From Hemiscyllium ocellatum (Eukaryota), in assembly GCF_020745735.1 (NCBI RefSeq), contig NC_083431.1:45908496-45972495 (forward strand): a stretch of DNA of 64,000 bases, read 5' to 3'. Shown one piece after another: positions 24,009 through 34,108 of this stretch; position 1 is the stretch's first letter, and every line of letters begins with the position of its first letter. Made by a program: the position numbers and the translations under genes. The notes beneath the pieces are model-generated. The model saw only the letters and a list, made by a program, of their open reading frames with translations, was not told the DNA's origin and did no database searches.

Positions 24009-24422
24009 GATGCTGGAGATCAGAGCTGAAAATGTGTTGCATTTAATTTACGACTGAGTGAGATAGATTTGAGATAGACAAAGAATTAAAAAAGGTTATG
24101 GGGAAGGCCAGTGTTGAAGATAGAGTTGAAACCAAGTCAGATCAGCCATGAACTTATTGAATGGCAGGGTTTCTGAGATGAACATACCACCAGCTGCCCA
24201 CGATGTTGTGAGCAATGTCAACAGACCCTCACTGAGAAAGAGGAACCATTGGGACACCCTGAGAGGATGATGCAGAGGTAAATAGAGCCAAGATGAGCAG
24301 ACGCCTCTACAACGAGACAAAAGCAAAAATGGCGGGAAAAACTCAAAAGGTCTGGTAGCATCTGTGCAGAGAGAGAGCAGAGTTAATCTTCTCGGTCCAG
24401 TGACCCCCCCGGAGACTTGTTG

Positions 24423-25722
24423 CACATGCACTCGGCCCCTCCAGAGTCCCAGAATGTGGGCGTGTCTCCAATGAGCCACGTGCACTCGGCCCCTCCAGAG
24501 TCCCAGAATGTGGGCGTGTCTCCAATGAGCCACGTGCACTCGGCCCCTCCAGAGTCCCAGAATGTGGGCGTGTCTCCAATGAGCCACGTGCACTCGGCCC
24601 CTCCAGAGTCCCAGAATGTGGGCGTGTCTCCAATGAGCCACATGCACTCGGCCCCTCCAGAGTCCCAGAATGTGGGCGTGTCTCCAATGAGCCACGTGCA
24701 CTCGGCCCCTCCAGAGTCCCAGAATGTGGGCGTGTCTCCAATGAGCCACGTGCACTCGGCCCCTCCAGAGTCCCAGAATGTGGGCGTGTCTCCAAAGAAC
24801 CACGTGCACTCGGCCCCTCCAGAGTCCCAGAATGTGGGCGTGTCTCCAAAGAACCACGTGCACTCGACCCCTCCAAGTCCCAGAATGTGGGCGTGTCTCC
24901 AAAGAACCACGTGCACTCGGCCCCTCCAGAGTCCCAGAATGTGGGCGTGTCTCCAATGAACCACGTGCACTCGGCCCCTCCAGAGTCCCAGAATGTGGGC
25001 GTGTCTCCAATGAGCCACGTGCACTCGGCCCCTCCAGAGTCCCAGAATGTGGGCGTGTCTCCAATGAGCCACGTGCACTCGGCCCCTCCAGAGTCCCAGA
25101 ATGTGGGCGTGTCTCCAATGAGCCACGTGCACTCGGCCCCTCCAGAGTCCCAGAATGTGGGCGTGTCTCCAATGAGCCACGTGCACTCGGCCCCTCCAGA
25201 GTCCAGAATGTGGGCGTGTCTCCAAAGAACCACGTGCACTCGACCCCTCCAGAGTCCCAGAATGTGGGCGTGTCTCCAAAGAACCACGTGCACTCGGCCC
25301 CTCCAGAGTCCCAGAATGTGGGCGTGTCTCCAAAGAACCACGTGCACTCGACCCCTCCAGAATCCCAGAATGTGGGCGTGTCTCCAAAGAACCACGTGCA
25401 CTCGACCCCTCCAGAGTCCCAGAATGTGGGCGTGTCTCCAAAGAACCACGTGCACTCGGCCCCTCCAGAGTCCCAGAATGTGGGCGTGTCTCCAATGAAC
25501 CACGTGCACTCGGCCCCTCCAGAGTCCCAGAATGTGGGCGTGTCTCCAAAGAACCACGTGCACTCGGCCCCTCCAGAGTCCCAGAATGTGGGCGTCTCCA
25601 ATGAACCACGTGCACTCGGCCCCTCCAGAGTCCCAGAATGTGGGCGTGTCTCCAAAGGACCACGTGCACTCGGCCCCTCCAGAGTCCCAGAATGTGGGCG
25701 TGTCTCCAAAGGACCACGTGCT
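24423..25722. repeat. 54-bp minisatellite, 24 full units plus a partial, immediately upstream of the TAF15 promoter
   Basis: Unit CACGTGCACTCGGCCCCTCCAGAGTCCCAGAATGTGGGCGTGTCTCCAATGAGC, with end variants CCAAAGAAC, CCAATGAAC and CCAAAGGAC. Three units carry 1-2 nt deletions. Confidence 0.97.
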
Positions 25723-26470
25723 CCCCGAGTAACCGGCCCCAACCGGTTCGGGATTTGGGTCACACCGGAATCTACCACCTCACCAAGGGAAGGGGGGGGC
25801 TGGAGGAAACATTGTACACGTGACATTTTTTTGTGACTGAGGGGGAGCGGGGTACTCAGAGCTGAAGGGGTGTTCAGTGTTATTAACTCCGTGTGAGGCG
25901 TCTCCAATTCCATGTGACGGATTGGGGGGTTGGTTTGATAGGTTGAGCCCCCCTCCCCCCCCCATTCTTGCTGGAGGTGTTGGTGTGAGCCGAGGCCTCC
26001 ATTTGCCGCTGGATTGGTGTCGGCGGCGGCCGCGGGGGGGAAAGGAATAACCGCAACTGGAGGTGGCAGCATGTCCGGTAAGGGCTTTCTTCACGGTAGC
26101 GGGTGCTCGAGGGGGGCCTCACCCCCGCGGCCCGGGTAGCCGGCTTCTCCCGCCCGACAGCCAGCTCTCGGGCTCCGAGGGGAAACGTGCGTTTTCATGT
26201 CGCTTTCCCCGGCCCTGGTGGCCAAGTGAGCCGCGTCCTGACGGTGTGGTGAAAGGGGGGGGGAGGATTTCCAGCCGGATTTCCAGCCTGTCCCCCTCCC
26301 CCTGTGCCCGGGCCCCCGCGGCCTGGTGAAGCCGCGTGACGCAGTTCCAAATGAGCCGGCCGCCCCCGCCGCCATTTTGAGGGTCAGGCGGGAAGGGAGA
26401 CCGCCGCCTTCTCCAACATCACCCTGATCCCTCAAAACTACCACCTTCCCATATCTCTGCCCGGCGCCCC
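25723..26470 (+). promoter_or_regulatory. CpG-island promoter / exon 1 / proximal intron 1 of TAF15
   Basis: High CpG content. CACGTGAC E-box at 25817-25824, inverted CCAAT (ATTGG) at 25921, and YY1 motif GCCGCCATTTTG at 26368-26379. Confidence 0.8.
26071..26077 (+). CDS. TAF15: TAF15 exon 1 (MS-D)
   Basis: ggcagcATGTCCG|GTAAGG in a CpG island. Confidence 0.85.
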
Positions 26471-27227
26471 ATCCTCCAAAGTGACCCCCTTCTCTCTCTC
26501 TCTGATTCCCCCCCGAAGTGAACCCTATCCTCTCTCTCCCTGTGATCCCCAAAAGGGCCCCATTTCCTTTATCGTGTTCCCCCCCAAAGTGACCCCCCTT
26601 CCTTTGTGTCTCTCTCCGCTCCCTGCTTTTCCCCCTAAAACGACCCCCTCTGCCCCCAAAGTGACCCCCGACGCCCTTTGCATAAGTACCACTCAAGGTG
26701 GACTGAAAACTCCTTTCTGTAGTTCATGAGCAGAGTTTGGTCATTCACTTACCTGTCTGTGTGTGGTATTTTTATATATACACCTACCTTGTGCAGGAGA
26801 ATGCAGTAAAATCGTGAGTTTGAGATTAAAAAATGAGTTTCTGCAGAAAAGTGATCAGTTTTCATTTGAATAGTGTAGGTTTAGATGCAAGAGAACTGAT
26901 TTGGAGTGGTACTTCTGTGAATTAAAATTTTCTCTCTCTGATATCAAGTGAAGAAAGCATCTTTGTTACGGTATTCTGCTGGGGGGGGGTAATAGCTGTT
27001 GAAGATATTAGCTTGTGTACTGTACTTTGTGTGCAAACTGTTACTGTGTAAAGTTTGAGGAGGTCCTTACTAAGTGTGTTATGCACCTCATTTGTAATTG
27101 GAATGTGCCCTACTGTAGATTAAATCATGGGTAATAAATTAAAATGACTAAAAATAAGTTAATGAAAATATGTCATATACAGCTGAAAATGGACTGTGGA
27201 GATCCAGAGGAGTGCATGTAGTAATAA

Positions 27228-27415
27228 GTTTAAAAATCACATAATACCAGATTATAGGAGGCTCCAGCCTTCGGACCACTACTCATTCAGGTGGTTGTGG
27301 TTGAAGGAGCACCGCTCTGAAAGCTAGATTCTCCAAATAAACCCTGTTGGTCTATAACCTGGTGTTGAGAGGTTTAACTTTGTCCACTCCAGTTCAACAC
27401 TGACTCCTCCAATCA
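27228..27415. mobile_element. Degraded copy of palindromic family B element
   Basis: aaaaatcacataataccag...gaaggagcaccgctctgaaagctag...taacctggtgttg...cagttcaacactg, homologous to 23142-23355. Confidence 0.6.
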
Positions 27416-27869
27416 CCTAATACTAGTCTACCTAGTAAAATGTAGTTGGGGGTAATGGGATCTTTCTTTGTAAATGCAAGGTAAGCTACAGGTTACAAGT
27501 AGATAAGACTAGATTTGTGTGGCTTTATGAAAGTACAGAAAAGTGAAGGTAATCTTGAACTTGTGCAGAACTATCTTTGGGGAGCTGTACAGTTTTGGGC
27601 AATCTATTAAATGAAAGATTTAATAGGGACCACATAGCCTCAGTATGTCGTTTGGAGTGATGAGCTTTTGCAGTTTAGACTTCAGGTGTTTGGTGTGTTC
27701 AAACCTGAGGGTCAAATGGTAACTACCTAAAACCCTCCAGGTTCTGAGGAGTTGGAAAGGAAGTGACACTTAATGAATTGACATTTGAAGGCACATTTTA
27801 GAATAACTACCAAGTAATTTTAAGGCTTCAAGTGTCTCTGTGTAAAAGTTGGACAGAATGTCCATATTC

Positions 27870-28094
27870 GAGGAGAAAGTGAGGACTGCAGATGCTGGAG
27901 ATCAGAGCTGAGAATGTGTTGCTGGAAAAGCGCAGCAGGTCTGGCAGCATCCAAGGAACAGGAAATTCGACGTTTCGGGCATAAGCCCTTCTTCAGATTC
28001 CTGAAGAAGGGCTTATGCCCGAAACGTCGATTCGCCTGTTCCCTGGATGCTGCCAGACCTGCTGCGCTTTTCCAGCAACACATTCTCAGCCCAA
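27870..28094. mobile_element. Young palindromic Penelope-terminus element, family A, with head-to-head hammerhead motifs
   Basis: About 90-bp near-perfect inverted arms centred at about 27998, each with CTGAAGAAGGGCTTATGCCCGAAACGTCGA. A perfect 13-bp TSD AATGTCCATATTC lies at 27857-27869 and 28095-28107. Confidence 0.85.
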
Positions 28095-29089
28095 AATGTC
28101 CATATTCTCTATTGCAAAATACTATAGTGACCAAAAGTCTCAATTACTTCAAAGAAACTTGGGTGAGTATCTAACAAGTATATTTAAAGGTACAAATTCA
28201 TTATTTTGCTGTCACAGTAAGAGGCAAAATTTTACAATCGCATTAATCTCATTCAAACTAAACATCTGCATTATAAAAGTTGCCAGCAGGTCACTTTTTT
28301 TTTTACTGTGTTAAAATGTAATCTTCTGGCAGTCTGACTGGTATTAGCAGCATTGGTTCAATTCCTGCAGCAGCTGAGGTTACCTTGAAGGACTCTCTTC
28401 TGAACCCCCCCCCCCCCCCCCCCTTCATGTGAAGCATTGTGACCCTTGGGTTAAATTCACTATCCGTTATCTCTCTCTCATGAGAGACTAGCCGTCTGGG
28501 ACTGCAGTGACGTTACTTTGCACCTAACATGAGTCTACTCACTATATTGAATCTTTGATTTGGAGATACCGACTAGTTGATTTTAATATTAATTGAACAT
28601 TGTAAGACTGCTACCACCTTGCTCAAGATGTTGGTTAAACTGTTCACAATTAAATAGGGCAAGGGCTTGAAAGGTTGAGTGCTTTATTTTTAAATTTTAA
28701 TTATTTTAATCATTTCTTACAATGGCTGCTGGAGAAACATCTTTAGCTTACGATTTTTATTCAGCATGATTTGCTACCAGTTGAGATTGCAGCAATCTTA
28801 CTGCAATTTCCCTTATGTCAGTTTCGTTGAGTCGAGGGTTTTGTACATGGTTGCTTAACTGTTGTAATTTTACAGAATAGCCTTAATATCCATTCACTCG
28901 CTGAAGCACTCTTAACTTTACTTTTGTGAGCTGATCTTCGAGTTCACCAAACTGGGTAAAAGGAACTAATTCCAACCTGTCTTTCCAAGTCTCTTTGAGG
29001 TAAATCGTTTAAAAGTGAGCAAGGTTGCGACGGCACGTAACATAAACAGTCACTGATTTTTTTTTAAAACTTTCTTTTAAATTTAACAG

Positions 29090-29129
29090 ATTATGGAAAT
29101 TACAGTCAGCCTGGAGCTCAAGCACAAAG
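29090..29129 (+). CDS. TAF15: TAF15 exon 2 (DYGNYSQPGAQAQS)
   Basis: ttaacag| 40 nt |gtatgc, phase 1-2. Confidence 0.88.
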
Positions 29130-29329
29130 GTATGCATGCATGTCAGGAGTTAAAAGAACAAACTTGTCCAAAGAGAAATAATCAGAAATTTGAAAGGCAG
29201 AACATACTCAATACACAAGTTGTTGTTTTCACAGTTGCTGACAACTGAATCTCTGAATAAAATAAAAGCAAAAATATTGCAAAGTTGGAGATCTGAAATT
29301 TTAAGTGCTGGAAATAATCGGAACATTTC

Positions 29330-30600
29330 TCCCTTCAAGGCTGCTCCACCATTCAGTCGGATCATGGCTGATCTGATGTTCTTCATTCCACTTTCTTGCT
29401 CTTGCCTCTACTTGATTCCCCAACTGATCAAGAATCTATAGCTGAGCCTTAAATGTACCCAAGGATGCTGCTCCCACAGTGCTGTGTGGCAAGGAGATTC
29501 AAAGGCCATCAACCCACTGAAAGAAGAAATTCATCCTCCTATCAATCCTAAAGTGAAAACCCTTTATTCTGACAGTATACCCTCTGGTCCCAGACTTCCC
29601 CTGAGGGGTAACATCCTCAGCATTTATCCTGAAAAGCCCCTTAAGAATCCTGTATGTTTCCACGAAATCACCTCATTCGTCTAAACTCCAGTGGATAGAG
29701 TCCCAATATGTTTAGCCTTTGGTCATGAGATTCTTTCAAACCAGAGATCATCCTGGTCAACCTTCTCTGAACTCCCTCCACTGAAACAATATCTTCACTT
29801 ATTTAAGTGGACCAAACTGCTCTCAGCACTCCAGATGTGGTCTCACCAACATCTTCTACAGTTGCAGTAAGACTTCCCTATTCTTTTCCTTCAACCCCCT
29901 TGAAATAAGGGCTAACGTTCCATTCACCTTCCTGATTTCCTGCTGCACCCATGTCGTCGTTTTGTGGTGTTTCATGTACAAGTGCCCCCAAGTCCCTTTT
30001 GTATTGCAGCTTTCTGCAGTTTTTCTCTGTTTAAATCTGTTAATTTGTTCTTCCTTCAAAAACAAATAATTTCACATTTTATAGTAATTTTCCACATATC
30101 CCACATTTACCAACTTAATGCCCACTTAACATGTAAACTGTTTTGTATCCATCTCGCAGCCTGCCTTTTCCCCTTATTTTTTGTCATCTGCAAATTTGAT
30201 GAAGGTATATTCACTTCCTCTCTTCAATTCATTAATGTGTTAACAGTTGTGGTGCCAGCACCGAACCTTGTGGAACTGCACTGATCATGGCTTGCCAAAC
30301 TGAAAAAGAACCTCATGTTCCCACTTGTTGTTTCCTGTCCACTAGCCAATTCTCTGTCCATACCAATATTCTACTGCCATCATTGTGGGCTCTTATTTCA
30401 TGGCTCAACCTTTTGTGAGGTGCCTTACTGAATACCCTCTATCCCTGCTGGTTGAGACTTGCTCTCAGAATTTTCAAATTACACACTCAGAAGCCATTCT
30501 GACTGCTTGATTAGATTGTGGTCTTTCAAATGTTCTGACATTACTTCATAGGAATTGATTCCAATACTTTTCCAACATTACTTGTTAGGTTAATTAGCCG
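29330..30600 (-). mobile_element. Degraded CR1 LINE 3' region
   Basis: Minus-strand remnants VNGTLALISRGLKEKNREVLLQL and a CR1 3' UTR near 29330-29450. Confidence 0.75.
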
Positions 30601-30602
30601 TA

Positions 30603-30759
30603 CAGAGGAACCTCAATTATCCAGCATTCGATTATCCAAATATCAGATTATCCGGCAAGATTGCAAGGTCCCGATACTTGGCTAAACTGTTATCCGGAAT
30701 TCAATTAACTGAGCGAAATACTCCCTATCCGTGTCCTTCAGATAATCAAGGTTCCTCTG
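30603..30759. mobile_element. Tc1/mariner-Tigger-type MITE (same family as 6522-6691)
   Basis: TA-CAGAGGAACCTCAATTATC ... GATAATCAAGGTTCCTCTG-TA. Confidence 0.8.
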
Positions 30760-32008
30760 TAGTTACTTGCTTTTTGCGTTCCTCCAGCAGATCTGGCAAC
30801 ACTTGTAGAGAACGCAGTTAGTTAATGGTTTGAATCCAATTTATTTTCTTCAGATTTTGTTTCAAAGAATCATGTTGAACTTTGTGTAAACTGCTTCTCT
30901 CGCTTCAAGATGCTACCAGAGCTGATGTGTTTTTCTAGCATTTGCTTTTTTTTTGTACCTGAATATCAGCAATGTGGTTCCTTTAACTGAAATTTCAAAA
31001 CCTGGAATGTTAATCTTACTGTTTCTCACTGTGTAAGTCTGACTGGACTGTATTTGATGAGGTGTATTTCAGTTGAAACTTTGTCTTTTGTACTACATAT
31101 GCTTTGCAAGACCAGTGTTTGCCATTGAAGGTGATGGTGGTGGGCTGTCGTTTTTTACATCTGCAATCCAGTGATGTGGATGAATCTTCTGTTAAGGAAT
31201 TCCGGTATTTTTGACCCTGTAACACATAGTTCCAAATCAGGATAGTGTTTGACTCTGAGGGGAACCTGCTTGTCATCCACTTGTCCTCACTAAGTACAAA
31301 TGTGCTGATCAGCCTATGTATATTTAATCAGGTTACAGTTTGTCTGTTCCTCTAATGGAAGGCAAACATTAGTCTATAAATAACCAGGTAGTTGTTGTAA
31401 CTTGATTGGAATAAATGCATTCTGGAGTTTTTGGCATGGGGTTTATGATGACATCAAATATGGAAAATTAGCCAAAATTTGGTTAAACATTTGAACTATA
31501 CAACATGTCACTATTTATTAACAAATGGTTTACAGAAGGCACTTTTTTTTGTCTGAAGACTTTGTGATCTACTCTAGCTGTTCTGAGAAATGTATAAATC
31601 AAGGTTAAACAGATTGAAAGCTGTCATGAAGTCTGATGTTCTAGGTATAGTGAGGTATGTAGCAATGTCAAGGACTTGGGGGTGGGAACTTGATATAACT
31701 AAATGCTTCGAACATGCAGTCATGGACTGCAGTATAGTATGAATGAAGATTTGTTTTAATATCACTTTTATGTAAAATAAATCCTAGCTCAACGGCAATA
31801 CAGTGGCTAAAGGTCAGTTCCTGATGAGGGCTTTGAAACCATGTAGAGCTTTTTGTCAGCATATTGGTCGGTCAGAAAACCAAAGCAATGCCCTGATGTA
31901 CATGATATCATTGGGCTGTGAAGTACGTAATTACAAGTAATGTTTTAGTGGAAGTCTATTAAAATGTGATCAATTTTCTTTATGGTATTATATTTTTTCT
32001 TCTTGCAG

Positions 32009-32060
32009 CTATGGAGCCTATGGTGCCCAATCAAGCCAAAGTTATGGGCATGCTTCGCAG
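32009..32060 (+). CDS. TAF15: TAF15 exon 3 (YGAYGAQSSQSYGHASQ)
   Basis: ttcttgcag| 52 nt |gtatat, phase 2-0. Confidence 0.88.
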
Positions 32061-32429
32061 GTATATTAAGCTAATTGATTTGGGTTTGAGAGCAGCTTGC
32101 AAATCATAATGAATATTATACTCAGTCTTGCATTGGAAGATAATTCACTTTTTTCTCTGTAGTGCTCTTTGTATTTTTCATGTAAATGTTTTGATTTGGA
32201 AAAAGATTAGTGGCCACCACCTTACTACTAAATGGCTTTAGATTTTTAATCCTAAGTACTTCCTCTTGCCACTGGCTATTCTGGGAGAATCCAGTCCCGT
32301 AATACAGGAGGTGTGAATCAAACATTTGCAACTAAAAGATGTATTTCACTACAAATCTCTGACTAGCCACGAGATCATGACATAAAACAGTCATGATGGA
32401 TTAAACTTGAATCATATGATCAGGTTCCC

Positions 32430-32737
32430 TTCAGTGTGAAAACAGGCCATTTTGGCCCAATAAGTCCGCACCAACCCTCCAAAGAGGGACTCTTCAAAGA
32501 CTAACCACCCAGACCCATTTCCCACTGACTCATGCACCTAACACTATGGACAGTTTAACATGGTCAGTCCATCTGTCCTGCACGTCTTTGGATTGTGGGA
32601 GTAAATCGGGGCACTTGGAGGAAACTCACGCAGGCGTGGGGAGAATGTGCAAACTCCACACAGTGCCTGAGACTGGAATCTAACCAAGGTCCCTGGTATT
32701 GTGAGGCTGCAGTGCTAACCACTGAGCTACCATGCCA
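32430..32737 (-). mobile_element. HE1-type SINE
   Basis: tRNA-like head and core on the minus strand. Confidence 0.8.
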
Positions 32738-33829
32738 TCTCAAAATTATTTGTCAATGCGGCTGTTTCTGATGCCTTCTTTATCAATTTTGTTCTTGATC
32801 TAGGGGCTTAGTTATCCTTTTGCTGTGCATGTGGTCTTAATGGATGGGTTCAGTCATCTTTATTGTTCTAGTAAATTAACAGCCCTTTGAGTTACTTGTT
32901 CTTATTGCTTTTCAGTCTATTGTTTGTAGGTGCTACTACAAGAGCTAAACTTTAGTGTTCATGATTTTGTTCCCCCTGCTTGGTTTCAAGACTACATTAC
33001 AAAGCGTTATGGATATTTTACTGTTTCTGGATATTAATTACTGAATGTGGTTTAGTAGTGTCCATACCTCTGAGCCAAGAGTCCTGGGATCAAGTCTCTT
33101 GTCTGCTTCAGAAGTGTGTAATAATAACATCTGAATCTGGCTTAACGATTATTTGAGATTTCTGTAATACTTAGAGCAAGTTTTGTTCTGATTTCAACTT
33201 GCTTTTCAACATAAGCACAAGTTGCCATTACGTGTTTTGATCAGATTATCATTAGTAAAATCAACTTTCTTTATATCTGACTACACTTTGATACTATATC
33301 TGACTACGAATTTTGATACTATATCATGTATAGAATCAAATATGTAGTAAACTGTAGGCTTTCCAATGATATGTGGAGAGCAGTTTTAAATCTCTTGCTA
33401 TTAGCTAGAGCTAATTAAATAGCTATTAAATTCTTGTCCATGTACTTGATGTTTGTAGTCCTATTTCTTGCACTTTTTTTTTTGAAGTCATCTTTTTCTA
33501 TTACACTATTCTAAGAAGCTGCGATCAATGTCTATATTTCTGCTACTTTAGCCTTGATTGTTCTAGTGTTCTGGCAGTCCTTGTCCATGATCTGACCTTC
33601 ACATTACCCAGAATTGTTCCGACGTTCTTACTTGGAAAAGACCTCATTCACCCATCACTGTGGACATAGATGTATTTGTACCTTGGTCTGATGGCATGAA
33701 TCATCTCTGCCCTTGCCTTTCCTATTCCAAATCCTAGACATAGGCCTCTACTCACCATTTCATGTCTCTTGTACATCTTTAACTTCCATCACTCCATTAC
33801 TGGCAGCTGCATCTTTTAGATGTGATTTT

Positions 33830-34108
33830 AGATGCCTTACAGTATGGAAACAGGCCCTTCAGCCTAGCAAGTCCACACCGATCCTCTGAAGAGCAACCTA
33901 TCCTATATTTACCCCTGATTAATGTACCTAATGCTATGGGCAATTTAGAATCACAAATTCACCTAACCTGTACATCTTTGGGTTTAGGGAGGAAACCCAT
34001 GCAATACTGGGAGAATGTGTGGAGTTTGCACAATCACCTGAGGTAGGGATTGAACCCAGGTCTCTGGTGCTGTGAGGCAGCAGTGCTGACCATTGAGCCA
34101 CCATGCCA
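33830..34108 (-). mobile_element. HE1-type SINE
   Basis: tRNA-like head and HER1-like tail on the minus strand. Confidence 0.8.

Noticed and set aside
24423-25722. CRISPR-like array
   Set aside because: Units are contiguous and near-identical with no unique spacers, there are no cas genes, and the context is eukaryotic.
24096-26072. Long ORFs (658, 444, 406 and 352 aa) across the 54-bp array
   Set aside because: The unit length is a multiple of 3 and lacks stops in most frames, so ORFs appear on both strands. There is no protein-like complexity or splice support.
26091-26696. 201-aa Gly/Arg-rich antisense ORF
   Set aside because: It arises from the GC-rich, low-complexity CpG island and intron 1 repeats, with no recognisable domain.
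26797-26813. 17-nt micro-exon candidate in TAF15 intron 1 (gcag|...|gtgagt)
   Set aside because: Poor pyrimidine tract and no supporting evidence.
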